Assembly: GCA_050250895.1 (NCBI GenBank)
Contig: JBFWNU010000001.1
Coordinates: 1-64,000 of the forward strand
DNA length: 64,000 bases
Direction of reading: 5' to 3'
Source of the DNA: Vulcanimicrobiota bacterium
Lineage (GTDB): Bacteria; Vulcanimicrobiota; Xenobia; Xenobiales; JADMJV01
Part shown: piece by piece, positions 53,885 to 63,903 of the stretch
How positions within the stretch are numbered: position 1 is the stretch's first letter
Layout: every line of letters begins with the position of its first letter
The notes under the pieces: model-generated
Told to the model about the DNA's origin: nothing
The model's database searches: none
The model's input: only the letters and a program-made list of their open reading frames with translations
Translations under genes and position numbers: made by a program

Positions 53885-54838
53885 ATGCGGCCGTTGTTGT
53901 GGCTCGGATGGGGGGGGCTACTGTTGCTGGCGGGTTGTGGCTTGACCAAACCCGACGCCACCGCAACGCCTTCCCACCTGCGTTCGATCGGCCTGGTGGC
54001 CACTCCCACCGCCCCCGCTTCGCCCTCCCCTGAAGACCCTCGCAGCCACAAGCTCGAAGCCGTACGCAAAGTGCTGGACAAAGCAGCCGAAGACTTTCCC
54101 GGCCAGTCCGCCCTGGTCTTCTACGATCTCGAACTGGGTCAGACTATCGCGGTTCACGGCGACGAGCAGTTCGAGGCCGCCAGTCTCATCAAGATTCCTA
54201 TCCTGGTCGAACTCTATCGTCAATTCGAGACCGGAGAACTGTCGATCGAAGAAGAGATGGTCTATGAAGCGCGGTTTAGGGTCGAGGGGTCAGGCTTGCT
54301 CAAGGCCGAAAAGCCCGGCCGCAAATACAAGCTGACCGAATTGGCCCGGCTGATGGTCCAGGAGAGCGACAACGTGGCTACGGACATGCTCATCGAGCGT
54401 CTCGGCATGGACAAGATCAATCAGGAGATGGGCCTGCTCGGCCTGACCCACACCGTGCTGGCCCGGCGGATCTATGATTTTGACGAGATCGAACGCGGGC
54501 ACGACAACCTCACCAGCGCTAACGACGTTGCCTTACTCTTTAAAGAGTTAGGGGAGGGGCGTCTGCCCGGAGCCACGGCCATGCACGAGATTCTCGAAGG
54601 CCAGAAGCGCAACGACATGCTGCCGGCCAAGCTGCCCAAAGGGACGCGCGTGGCCCATAAGACGGGCGAGCTTTTGCGGGTCTTACACGACGCCGGACTG
54701 ATCTATACCGACCACGGCTCTTACGTGTTGGTACTGCTCGGACAGGGGTTCGAACACCCCGACGAGGTACAGAAGTTCTGGGCCGAGGTTTCGAGCCAGG
54801 TTCACGAAGCCTATATGGGCGGCCCCAGCACCCGATAA
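53885..54838 (+). CDS. Class A beta-lactamase-related serine hydrolase lipoprotein
   Basis: Lipobox LAGC, SLIK (SxxK), SDN, HKTG. Confidence 0.85.
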   Translation: MRPLLWLGWGGLLLLAGCGLTKPDATATPSHLRSIGLVATPTAPASPSPEDPRSHKLEAVRKVLDKAAEDFPGQSALVFYDLELGQTIAVHGDEQFEAASLIKIPILVELYRQFETGELSIEEEMVYEARFRVEGSGLLKAEKPGRKYKLTELARLMVQESDNVATDMLIERLGMDKINQEMGLLGLTHTVLARRIYDFDEIERGHDNLTSANDVALLFKELGEGRLPGATAMHEILEGQKRNDMLPAKLPKGTRVAHKTGELLRVLHDAGLIYTDHGSYVLVLLGQGFEHPDEVQKFWAEVSSQVHEAYMGGPSTR

Positions 54839-54856
54839 AACGGGCGAAAAGAGCGG

Positions 54857-54886
54857 TTGACAGGGCTCCCACCGGGCCCCTATACT
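54857..54886 (+). promoter_or_regulatory. Sigma70 promoter of ffh
   Basis: TTGACA-18bp-TATACT, ending 10 nt before the ATG. Confidence 0.75.
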
Positions 54887-54896
54887 ACGTCGGACT

Positions 54897-56282
54897 ATGT
54901 TCGAATCGCTCTCAGAGAGAATCAGCGGCGTAATCAAGAAGCTGAGGGGCCGCGGCAAACTCACCGAGGCCGATGTCAAGGAAGCCTTGCGCGAAGTTCG
55001 CCGCGCCATGCTCGAAGCCGACGTCAGCCTGCCGGTGGTGCGCGACTTTGTCAAAAAAGTCGAAGAGCGCGCCATTGGTGAAGAGCTGTGGAAGAGCCTC
55101 ACCCCCGGCCAACTGGTGGTCAAGCACGTTCGCGACGAACTGACCGAGCTGATGGGCGGCGACACCTCTGAACTGAGCTATGCCGAAGAAGGTCCCACCG
55201 TGATCATGCTGGTGGGCCTCAACGGTTCGGGTAAAACCACCTCTTCGGGCAAGCTGGCCAACTTTCTCAAGAAGAACGGCAAGAAGCCCCTGCTGGCCGC
55301 TACCGACGTGTATCGTCCGGCGGCCATCAAACAGCTCGAGATTCTGGGTAAACAGATCGGGGTTCCGGTCTTTGCCATGGGCGACAAGAACGACCCCGTC
55401 AACATCAGTAAAGCCGCCGTGGCCCACGCCGAACGCGAGGGCAACGATGTGGTGGTGGTCGATACCGCCGGTCGCCTCACGCTCAATGAAGAGCTGATGC
55501 AAGAACTGCAGAAGACCCACGAGGCGCTCAAGCCCCACGAGTGCTTGCTAGTGGTCGACGCCATGACCGGTCAAGACGCGGTCAACATCGCCGAGCAGTT
55601 CTCGCAGCGCATCAAGGTCACCGGCATCGTGATGACCAAGCTCGACGGCGACGCCCGCGGAGGCGCCGCCCTGTCGGTGCGCCACGTGACCGGCAGCCCC
55701 ATCAAGTTCGTGGGTATGGGCGAGAAGATCTCGGCTCTCGAACTGTTCCATCCCGACCGCATGGCCTCACGGATCTTGGGAATGGGCGACGTGCTGGGCC
55801 TGATCGAAAAGGCCGAGCAGGCCATGGATGAAGAAGAGGCGGCCCTGCTGGAAAAGAAAATCCGCGAGGACAACTTCACCCTCAACGACTTTCTAGGTCA
55901 GATGCAGCAGATCAAGAAGCTGGGCCCCTTGCAAGACATCATCAAGATGATCCCCGGCATGGGCGGAAATGCCGCCCTCAAGGATCTGCAGGTCGACGAG
56001 AAGCGCTTCAGCCGGATGGAGGCCATCATCCGATCCATGACGATGGAAGAGCGGCGCCACCCCGACATTCTCAACGCCTCCCGCAAAAAGCGTGTTGCCA
56101 AAGGATCCGGCAACGAGGTGTCCGAAGTGAATCAGCTTCTCAAGCAATTTGAAATGCTCCGCAAAATGATGCGCCAACTTACGGGTGGTGGCGGTCCAGG
56201 CGGGGGCAAGAAAAATAAAAAGAAAAACAAGAAGGGCCGCCGCAAGATCAAGGGTATACCTTTCCGGCTGCCCTTCAAGTAG
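54897..56282 (+). CDS. ffh: Signal recognition particle protein
   Basis: GLNGSGKTT, DTAGR, TKLDGDARGG, M domain. Confidence 0.98.
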   Translation: MFESLSERISGVIKKLRGRGKLTEADVKEALREVRRAMLEADVSLPVVRDFVKKVEERAIGEELWKSLTPGQLVVKHVRDELTELMGGDTSELSYAEEGPTVIMLVGLNGSGKTTSSGKLANFLKKNGKKPLLAATDVYRPAAIKQLEILGKQIGVPVFAMGDKNDPVNISKAAVAHAEREGNDVVVVDTAGRLTLNEELMQELQKTHEALKPHECLLVVDAMTGQDAVNIAEQFSQRIKVTGIVMTKLDGDARGGAALSVRHVTGSPIKFVGMGEKISALELFHPDRMASRILGMGDVLGLIEKAEQAMDEEEAALLEKKIREDNFTLNDFLGQMQQIKKLGPLQDIIKMIPGMGGNAALKDLQVDEKRFSRMEAIIRSMTMEERRHPDILNASRKKRVAKGSGNEVSEVNQLLKQFEMLRKMMRQLTGGGGPGGGKKNKKKNKKGRRKIKGIPFRLPFK

Positions 56283-56322
56283 ATTTTGTTCATAGGTAGC
56301 ATACAGGAGGAACGGATCACTC

Positions 56323-56679
56323 ATGGTTAAGTTAAGACTCACTCGAGTTGGTAAGAAGAAACAACCGAGCTATCGTCTCGTGGCGGCCAATTCTCGCTCG
56401 CCCCGAGACGGTCGTTTCATCGAGATTCTTGGGCACTACAATCCCTTGACAGACCCCCCCACGGTGGTCTTCAAGGAAGAACGCATCCTCGACTGGCTGG
56501 CCAAAGGCGCGCAGCCAACCGAGGCCATGAAACGTCTGCTCGTCAACGGTGGTATCTGGCAAAAGCACACCGGCAAACCCCACAAATGGCCTGAAGCTCC
56601 GGCTGCTGAAGTCGAAGAGCCGGCCAAAGCCGAAGAAGCCGCCGCCGAGCGCGAAAAAGAACCCGTCGAGACCGCCTGA
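56323..56679 (+). CDS. rpsP: 30S ribosomal protein S16
   Basis: [18 protein letters not shown]...[14 protein letters not shown]. Confidence 0.98.
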   Translation: MVKLRLTRVGKKKQPSYRLVAANSRSPRDGRFIEILGHYNPLTDPPTVVFKEERILDWLAKGAQPTEAMKRLLVNGGIWQKHTGKPHKWPEAPAAEVEEPAKAEEAAAEREKEPVETA

Positions 56680-56762
56680 AGCGGCACGGACGGCGTAGTT
56701 CATTTGGGTGGAGCCGCAAAGGCCCGCTATTGCGGCCATTTGGCGGCCAGGAAGGTCGTTTC

Positions 56763-56993
56763 GTGAAAGAACTCCTGCGATATTTGGCCAAACAACTGGT
56801 CGAAGAGCCCGAGGCTGTAGAAGTCAAAGAGATCGACGAAGACAGCTCGACGGTCATTCTCGAGCTGCGCGTGGCCCCCAAGGACATGGGCAAGGTCATC
56901 GGCAAGAACGGCAAGATCGCCCAGGCGCTGCGCACGCTGGTGAAAGCTGCCGGCATGCGCGACGGCAAGCGCGTCACGGTGGAGATCCTGTGA
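56763..56993 (+). CDS. khpA: KH-domain RNA-binding protein KhpA/YlqC
   Basis: DMGKVIGKNG, synteny after rpsP. Confidence 0.92.
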   Translation: MKELLRYLAKQLVEEPEAVEVKEIDEDSSTVILELRVAPKDMGKVIGKNGKIAQALRTLVKAAGMRDGKRVTVEIL

Positions 56994-57394
56994 AGGTCAC
57001 TCTGCAGCAGCCGATCGCCATCAAGGTCATCGTCACCGAAGACTTTCGGCGTCAACTGGTGCAAGAAGCCGAGCAATCCATCCAGAAGATCGACGACAAT
57101 CTCGCTCGCCTGACGGACATGACCCCCGAATCCGAGTCCTCCGATCAGACCGACCCCCACGAGGTCGAGTTCAACCGTCAGCGAATCGAAAGCGAGCGAA
57201 GCCGGCTTTACCAGATGCGTAAAGAGCTTGAGTGGCGTATCAAAGAAGCCCAATCGATCAGGGACGGAGCGGAACTGCCCCTGCAGACCGTGCAGGGCAC
57301 CGTCGAACTGGCCGTCGGCGACAACTATCTGGACAAAGTCTCAACGGAAGTGATCCTCAAGGATTGGACCGTGGTCGAGATTCGTCAGGGCTAG
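56990..57394 (+). CDS. ylqD: YlqD family protein
   Basis: VKVIVTE-like start, coiled coil, VGDN...EVILKD..VVEIR; position between khpA and rimM. Confidence 0.8.
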   Translation: MKVTLQQPIAIKVIVTEDFRRQLVQEAEQSIQKIDDNLARLTDMTPESESSDQTDPHEVEFNRQRIESERSRLYQMRKELEWRIKEAQSIRDGAELPLQTVQGTVELAVGDNYLDKVSTEVILKDWTVVEIRQG

Positions 57395-57399
57395 CCGAC

Positions 57400-57906
57400 T
57401 TGCACTGGGGCGACCTGGTAGCCATCGGCAAGTGCCTCAAACCCCACGGGATCCGCGGTGAGCTGAAGGTCGCCATTCTGACCGATTTTCCCGAGCGCTT
57501 CGAAGAGACCGAGTCGGTCTATCTGCACAATAATCAAGACCCCGTCCACGAAGTGCCCGTGGAGGCGGCCCGCTTTCATCACGGCAGTATCTTGCTCAAG
57601 CTGGTAGGGGTCGACACCATCGAACAGGCCGAGCGCTGGCGCAACTATATTCTGGCCGTGCCCGAAGACGACCTGGTCGAGCTTGAAGAGGACGAATACT
57701 GGCATTTCGAGCTCGAGGGACTCGAAGCGCGCAAGCCCGATGGCCAGGTCATCGGCAAGGTCAGCCAGGTGCTCAACACCCCGGGTCACGATCTTTACGT
57801 GGTCCAGGGTCCGGGCGGAGAGGTGCTCATTCCGGCGGTGAGCGAGTACGTCGGCGAAATCAACCTCGAAGAGGGCTTCATGGTGGTCACTCCGCCCGAG
57901 TTCTGA
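57400..57906 (+). CDS. rimM: Ribosome maturation factor RimM
   Basis: [28 protein letters not shown]; probable TTG start. Confidence 0.93.
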   Translation: MHWGDLVAIGKCLKPHGIRGELKVAILTDFPERFEETESVYLHNNQDPVHEVPVEAARFHHGSILLKLVGVDTIEQAERWRNYILAVPEDDLVELEEDEYWHFELEGLEARKPDGQVIGKVSQVLNTPGHDLYVVQGPGGEVLIPAVSEYVGEINLEEGFMVVTPPEF

Positions 57907-58586
57907 TGCGCATCGACATCCTCACCCTGTTTCCCGAAGTCTTCTCGCCTCTATTCGCCAGCATTCCCGCCCGAGCCCAGCAGGCCGGAGCCGTAGAACT
58001 CGAGCTGCACTACCTGAGAAAATGGGGTATTGGTAAGCATCGTCAGGTAGATGACGTGCCTTTCGGGGGTGGCCCCGGCATGCTGCTCAAGCCCGAACCG
58101 CTGTTTGCCGCCATTCGCGACATCCAGAGCCAGAGCGAGCAGCCCGCCTGTGCGATCTTTCTAACCCCCCAGGGCCAGCCCCTGACTCAGCCCCTGGTCA
58201 ACGAGCTGGCCGTCCTGCCTCGCCTGCTGCTGATCTGCGGTCACTATGAAGGCATCGACGAGCGCGTGCGCGAGGCCCTCATCGACCGCGAGATCTCGCT
58301 GGGCGATTTCGTGCTCTCCGGAGGCGAGCTGCCGGCCATGGTCCTGGCCGATGCCGTCATCCGCCTGCAACCAGGAGTGATCGCCCAGGAGTCGTATGAG
58401 CAGGACAGTTTCTATTCGGGTCTGCTGGACCATCCCCACTATACCCGCCCGGCCGAGTTCGAGGGCATGAAAGTGCCCGAGGTGCTACTCTCGGGTCATC
58501 ACGAGAAGATCGAGAAATGGCGCCATCAAGCGGCTCGCCAGCGAACCCTCGAACGGCGGCCCGACCTGATCAAGGAGGACCAATGA
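57906..58586 (+). CDS. trmD: tRNA (guanine-N1)-methyltransferase
   Basis: [38 protein letters not shown]. Confidence 0.97.
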   Translation: MRIDILTLFPEVFSPLFASIPARAQQAGAVELELHYLRKWGIGKHRQVDDVPFGGGPGMLLKPEPLFAAIRDIQSQSEQPACAIFLTPQGQPLTQPLVNELAVLPRLLLICGHYEGIDERVREALIDREISLGDFVLSGGELPAMVLADAVIRLQPGVIAQESYEQDSFYSGLLDHPHYTRPAEFEGMKVPEVLLSGHHEKIEKWRHQAARQRTLERRPDLIKEDQ

Positions 58587-59563
58587 ACGTACTCGTCACC
58601 GGCGGAGCCGGCTATATCGGCAGCCATACCGCCAAAGCCCTGGCCGCCGCCGGCCATCAACCGATCGTCTATGACAACCTCTCGACCGGGCACCGTTGGG
58701 CCTGCCAATGGGGACCGCTGGTCGAGGCGGACATTCTCGACACCGAGCGCCTGCGTCAGGCCCTCAAAGAGCACGGCATCAAAGCCGTCATCCACTTTGC
58801 CGCCTCGGCCTACGTCGGCGAGTCGATGGCCAACGCCCGCGCCTATTACCGCAACAACGTGGTGGGAAGCCTGTCGCTGCTCGACGCCATGGTCTCGGAA
58901 GGGGTCGAGGCGATCGTCTTCTCCTCGTCTTGCGCCACCTATGGCGTGCCCGACCAATTGCCCATCACCGAGTCGACCGTGCAGCGGCCCATCAACACTT
59001 ACGGCGAGACCAAACTGGCCACCGAGCGCGCTCTGCACTGGCACCACGTGGCCCACCGTCTGCGCTATGCCGCTTTGCGTTACTTCAACGCTTCGGGAGC
59101 CTCCAAAGACGGCGACCTGGGCGAAGCGCACGACCCCGAGACCCACCTCTTACCGTTGGCCATCGACGCCGCCCTGGGAGTGCGCGACCCTCTCAAGGTG
59201 TTCGGCAGCGACTATCCCACCCGCGACGGCACCTGCGAGCGCGACTATGTCCACGTCGAAGACCTGGCCAGCGCTCATCTAGCCGCGCTCGACAAGCTGG
59301 CCTCGGGAACGGAAACCATCGCCTGCAACATCGGCACCGGCCAGGGCCAGACCGTCCAGGAGTGCTGCTCGGTCATCGAAGCATGCTGCGGACGCCCGGT
59401 GCCCACCGTCCCCTCCCCCCGCCGGGCCGGCGACCCACCCAGCCTGGTGGCCGACGTCTCGCTTGCCTCGACCCTGCTGGGCTGGCAAGCCGCCAACGGC
59501 ATCACCGAGATCGTGGCCGACGCGGTGGCCTGGCACCAACGCCAACTTTCCGCCCGTTCTTAG
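58583..59563 (+). CDS. galE: UDP-glucose 4-epimerase
   Basis: [36 protein letters not shown]. Confidence 0.93.
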   Translation: MNVLVTGGAGYIGSHTAKALAAAGHQPIVYDNLSTGHRWACQWGPLVEADILDTERLRQALKEHGIKAVIHFAASAYVGESMANARAYYRNNVVGSLSLLDAMVSEGVEAIVFSSSCATYGVPDQLPITESTVQRPINTYGETKLATERALHWHHVAHRLRYAALRYFNASGASKDGDLGEAHDPETHLLPLAIDAALGVRDPLKVFGSDYPTRDGTCERDYVHVEDLASAHLAALDKLASGTETIACNIGTGQGQTVQECCSVIEACCGRPVPTVPSPRRAGDPPSLVADVSLASTLLGWQAANGITEIVADAVAWHQRQLSARS

Positions 59564-59579
59564 TTGGGCGCTGGTTCGA

Positions 59580-59860
59580 TGAAACCGCCGAGATACCGCC
59601 GAGAGGGTTAGAGCCCGTAGAGGCAACCGCGGAGGTCCGCAGGGAAGCGCGGGGAGGGTGGTGTGACTGGGAAGTTTGGGCTTGATGGGTTGAAGGTGGA
59701 AACACGGAGGAGGATTCGAGGATTCCGAGCTACCCAGGCTGGCCGGCGGCGGTACGGCACCAGATGGTGCCGTACTCGGGCGAGCCCCGCGGTTTCATCT
59801 CATCATCTCATCCGCTGAGCATACACTCCAAACGCCTAACCCTCTCGGCGCCTCTGCGCC
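59580..59860. repeat. Intergenic region with members of the dispersed repeat family and a 24-bp palindrome
   Basis: AAACCGCCGAG, AACCGCGGAGGTCCGC (reverse complement of the 33-kb motif), GTACGGCACCA-GA-TGGTGCCGTAC (59752-59775), CTCGGCGCCTCTGCGCC. Confidence 0.65.
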
Positions 59861-59973
59861 TGATATGATCATCTTGCCTTCACGAACCGGTCGAGCAAGC
59901 GCAACCTAGAGGAATGGTCTGCCCGCCCGACTAACAGGGCAATCCAAAATCAAATCCCCCCAGGAGTTCGCCG

Positions 59974-62544
59974 ATGGCTCGCAAGCAAACCGAAGAAAAG
60001 ACACAAAACAAGAACGCAAAACCACGCAAACCCAAGGCGCCCGCCAAAAAGAAGCCTGCCGCTCCCAAGCCACCCAAGCCCACCGTGATCGTCGAAGACG
60101 ACCGGACCGGGATGAGCGCCGAGGTGCTCGAGCGCGCCTTCGAAGACAACCTGCGCTATCTGCAGTGCCGCGAACTCGACACGGCCACTCCTCACGACCT
60201 GTTTCGGGCCGAGGCCTATACGGTGCGCGACCGGCTGATCCGGCGCTGGATCGACACCCAGCGGGTCTATTACGATAAGAACGTCAAGCGGGTTTATTAC
60301 CTGTCGGCCGAGTTCCTGATTGGGCGACTGTTGCGCAGTAACCTCCAGAGCCTGGGCATTCACGGCGAGATGGAGAAGGCTCTCAAAGGACTCAATGTCG
60401 ATCTGGCCGACATCGAAGAGACCGAGAACGATGCCGGCCTTGGCAACGGTGGTCTGGGACGCCTGGCGGCCTGCTTTCTCGACTCGGCGGCCACCCTCGG
60501 CCTGCCGGTGATGGGTTATGGCATCCGCTACGAGTTCGGCATCTTCCAGCAGAAAGTCGAGAACGGCTATCAGGTCGAGGCTCCCGACCACTGGCTCGAG
60601 CACGGCAATCCCTGGGAGATCGCCCGCCCGGAGTACACCGTGAAGGTTCGCTTCGGTGGCCGCACCGAGGCTTTTCTCGACAGCACCGGCGACTATCGCA
60701 TTCGCTGGGTCGACACCGATGACGTGCTCGGAGTGCCCTACGACACCCCCATCGCCGGCTACCAGAACAACACGGTCAACAATCTGCGTCTGTGGAGCGC
60801 GGCCTCTGACCACGAGTTCGATTTCAAGAAGTTCGACCAGGGCGACTATGAAGAGGCGGTTCGGGCCAAGACCGAGTCCGAGAACATCTCGAAGGTGCTC
60901 TATCCCAACGACAACTCGATGCAGGGCAAAGAGTTGCGCCTCAAGCAGCAGTATTTCTTCGTGTCTTGCTCGCTGCAAGATCTGGTGCGTCGCTATCTCA
61001 AGACCAACGATACCTTCGAGCGCTTTGCCGACAAAGTGTCCATTCAGCTCAACGACACCCACCCGGCCCTGGCGATTCCCGAACTGCTGCGCATTCTGCT
61101 CGACGAGAACCGGCTGCCCTGGGCCAACGCCTGGGAAACGGTCCAGCAGACCTTTGCCTACACCAACCACACCCTCTTGCCCGAGGCCCTCGAGCGCTGG
61201 CCGGTCAGCTTCTTCGAGCGATTGCTACCGCGCCACCTCGAGCTGATCTACGAGATCAACTCGCGCTTTCTCGACGCCGTGCGCAAACGCTACTATGGCG
61301 AACTCGACCGGCTGCGCCGCATGTCGATTGTGGAAGAGCATCCCAAGATGATCCGAATGGCCCACCTGGCTGTGGTCGGGTCGTTCTCGGTCAACGGTGT
61401 GGCCGAGTTGCACACCGAACTGCTGCGAACCCGGGTGCTCAAGGATTTCGCCGACATGTTTCCCGAGCGCTTCAACAACAAGACCAACGGAGTCACTCCC
61501 CGTCGCTGGATTCTCAGCTCGAATCCGGGATTGGCCGAGCTCTTGACCCGCACCATCGGCAAAGGCTGGGAGACCGACCTCGAGAAGCTCGAAGGCCTGG
61601 AAGAATTCGTCGAAGACAGGGCTTTCGGCAACGAGTTTCGCAAGGTCAAACTGCAGAACAAGCAGCGTCTGGCTGACTTCATCAGCCGCACCCAGGGGCT
61701 CGAGGTCAACACCGATTCGATCTTCGACGTTCAGATCAAGCGCTTCCACGAGTACAAGCGCCAACACCTGAACGTGCTGCACATCATTCATCTCTATAAT
61801 CAGCTCAAGAAGAACCCGGCTGCGGAGATCGTGCCTCGGACCTTTGTCTTCGCCGGCAAGGCGGCTCCCGGCTACTTCCTGGCCAAGCGCATCATCAAGA
61901 TGATCAATGCCGTGGCCGATGTGGTCAACAACGACCCTGACGTCGACGGACGCCTGCAGGTCGTCTTCTTGCCCAACTACAGCGTCTCGCAGGCCGAATT
62001 GTTGGTGCCAGCGGCCGACCTCTCCGAGCAGATCTCGACGGCCGGCTACGAAGCCTCGGGCACCGGCAACATGAAGTTCGCCCAGAACGGGGCTGTCACC
62101 ATCGGCACCCTCGACGGTGCCAACGTCGAAATCCGCCAGTGCGTCGGCCTCGAGAACTTCTTCTTGTTCGGCCTGACGGCCAACGAAGTGAGCGAGATGA
62201 AGGCCAGCCGCTACAACCCATATCGCGAGTACGAGAGCAATCGCGAATTACGTGAGGTCATCGACCTGTTGGCCCACAACCACTTCTCGCCCGAAGAGCC
62301 CGGCATCTTCCACCCCATCCTCGACGAGCTCCTGAGTTCGGACCGGTTCATGGTGATGGCCGACTTCGGAGCCTACGTGCGCTGTCAAGAGAAGGTCAGC
62401 AAAGCCTTCAAAGACCGCCAGGAGTGGACCCGCATGGCCATTCGCAATGTAGCTCGCACCTCGAAGTTCTCGTCGGACCGAACGATCGGCGAGTATGCCG
62501 AAGAGATTTGGGACATCGAACCGGTGCGGGTGACCACCAAGTGA
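59974..62544 (+). CDS. glgP: Glycogen/alpha-glucan phosphorylase
   Basis: GNGGLGRLAACF, QLNDTHP, YTNHT, KRFHEYKRQ, EASGTGNMK. Confidence 0.97.
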   Translation: MARKQTEEKTQNKNAKPRKPKAPAKKKPAAPKPPKPTVIVEDDRTGMSAEVLERAFEDNLRYLQCRELDTATPHDLFRAEAYTVRDRLIRRWIDTQRVYYDKNVKRVYYLSAEFLIGRLLRSNLQSLGIHGEMEKALKGLNVDLADIEETENDAGLGNGGLGRLAACFLDSAATLGLPVMGYGIRYEFGIFQQKVENGYQVEAPDHWLEHGNPWEIARPEYTVKVRFGGRTEAFLDSTGDYRIRWVDTDDVLGVPYDTPIAGYQNNTVNNLRLWSAASDHEFDFKKFDQGDYEEAVRAKTESENISKVLYPNDNSMQGKELRLKQQYFFVSCSLQDLVRRYLKTNDTFERFADKVSIQLNDTHPALAIPELLRILLDENRLPWANAWETVQQTFAYTNHTLLPEALERWPVSFFERLLPRHLELIYEINSRFLDAVRKRYYGELDRLRRMSIVEEHPKMIRMAHLAVVGSFSVNGVAELHTELLRTRVLKDFADMFPERFNNKTNGVTPRRWILSSNPGLAELLTRTIGKGWETDLEKLEGLEEFVEDRAFGNEFRKVKLQNKQRLADFISRTQGLEVNTDSIFDVQIKRFHEYKRQHLNVLHIIHLYNQLKKNPAAEIVPRTFVFAGKAAPGYFLAKRIIKMINAVADVVNNDPDVDGRLQVVFLPNYSVSQAELLVPAADLSEQISTAGYEASGTGNMKFAQNGAVTIGTLDGANVEIRQCVGLENFFLFGLTANEVSEMKASRYNPYREYESNRELREVIDLLAHNHFSPEEPGIFHPILDELLSSDRFMVMADFGAYVRCQEKVSKAFKDRQEWTRMAIRNVARTSKFSSDRTIGEYAEEIWDIEPVRVTTK

Positions 62545-63002
62545 GATGGGGGCTGCTCTGCCTGTTGCTGCTGACCCTGCCGGGCCTGGCGGGAGAGAAA
62601 GACAACCTAAAATGCGAGATCGTCTTCTCTAACCAGGTGACCTATTACGACCCCAACCTGGTCAATCAGGACCAGTATGGTCAACGTTATGCCAGGGTTT
62701 TCGGCACCTACAGGATCGGCAATCCTACCAGAAAGCGAGTCACCAAAGTCAAGCTTCGCCTCTATTTCATCTCTCCCAAGAACGAGCCGATGGAAACCCA
62801 GGAGAAGGCTTTCGCAGAACTCTGGGCTTCGCGAAAAGAGACCGGTGAGTTCAACTGGCAGAGCCAGCCCGTCTATGGAGAAATGCCAAAATACAAGGTC
62901 ATCGGCAAGCTCTCCTGGACCGACGAACGCGGCCAGGAGCACGAGATCGAGGTCGACGGCATCGAGCAAGAACCCAAAGAAGACAATCCAGTCAAATACT
63001 AG
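62541..63002 (+). CDS. Hypothetical secreted protein
   Basis: GTG overlapping the glgP stop; signal peptide MRWGLLCLLLLTLPGLA. Confidence 0.7.
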   Translation: MRWGLLCLLLLTLPGLAGEKDNLKCEIVFSNQVTYYDPNLVNQDQYGQRYARVFGTYRIGNPTRKRVTKVKLRLYFISPKNEPMETQEKAFAELWASRKETGEFNWQSQPVYGEMPKYKVIGKLSWTDERGQEHEIEVDGIEQEPKEDNPVKY

Positions 63003-63076
63003 ACGGCGTTTACAAACTCTTAACAAACTTAAGGCACGCCGGAGGAGTTTGGCTTACCAAGCGGAATTTGTTAAGT

Positions 63077-63409
63077 ATGGCCATAGAAGTTCTTCCTTCA
63101 ATTTACGAGGACCAGGAAGAAGCAGCTAAAACTAAGACGATGCCTTTGTGGAACGTTGTCCTGTTGGACGACAACGACCACACCTATGAGTATGTCATCG
63201 AGATGCTGCATCGGCTTTTCGGGCATCCTGTCCCCGATTGCTATCTGATGGCCCGAGAGGTTGACACGGCCGGGCGCGTGATTGTCTTATCGACGCATCG
63301 CGAACGGGCCGAGTTAGAAAGGGATCGAATTCATGCCTATGGCGCCGATCCCCGGCTAGAGCGATGCAAAGGCTCGATGTCCGCTATCATTGAGCCGGCT
63401 TTCGGCTAA
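63077..63409 (+). CDS. clpS: ATP-dependent Clp protease adaptor ClpS
   Basis: VVLLDDNDHTYEYVIEML...VDTAG. Confidence 0.88.
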   Translation: MAIEVLPSIYEDQEEAAKTKTMPLWNVVLLDDNDHTYEYVIEMLHRLFGHPVPDCYLMAREVDTAGRVIVLSTHRERAELERDRIHAYGADPRLERCKGSMSAIIEPAFG

Positions 63410-63420
63410 GGAGGAGAAAC

Positions 63421-63903
63421 GTGCCCCACTATCCCTGCCGTCAGTGCGAGGCCCTCTACGACCCGGTCACCAACGTGGCGTGTCCGAGCTGTGGTGAAAA
63501 ACATCCTCTGAACTGCTCGAAGTGCGACAAGCAAATCAATCATCACGACATTTTCGGGATCGAGAAGCTGAAGACCAAAAAGCCGCTTCTGTGTGCCGAC
63601 TGCGGCTTTGCCAACGAGGTGGTCAAGTGTCCCATCTGCAAACTCCACCTCGTGCGATCCAAGGGCTTTTCACCCAGTTCGTCTCCCAACGCCAAAGTCT
63701 ATCATCGGCCCTGCTACGAAAAGCGTCTCGAGACGATCACCTTCGCCAAGAAGTGGGCCGGCCCATCGGTGGCGGCCCTGGGCCTGATCGGCGGCTTTGT
63801 CGCCTATGGCTTCTCTATCAAAGGTCTGCTGGCCTCGCTGGGCACTGGCGCCGTGCTCTTTGCCGCGGTCATGATGCTGGCCGAGGTCATCAAGCCCCGC
63901 TAA
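63421..63903 (+). CDS. Multi-CxxC zinc-binding protein with two C-terminal TM helices
   Basis: SD AAGGAGG; five CxxC plus HxxC; hydrophobic C-terminus. Confidence 0.75.
   Translation: MPHYPCRQCEALYDPVTNVACPSCGEKHPLNCSKCDKQINHHDIFGIEKLKTKKPLLCADCGFANEVVKCPICKLHLVRSKGFSPSSSPNAKVYHRPCYEKRLETITFAKKWAGPSVAALGLIGGFVAYGFSIKGLLASLGTGAVLFAAVMMLAEVIKPR

Noticed and set aside
53885-54838. Bona fide antibiotic-resistance beta-lactamase
   Set aside because: SxxK/SDN/KTG are shared with non-resistance serine hydrolases and PBP-like proteins; the class A ExxLN omega-loop motif is not evident.
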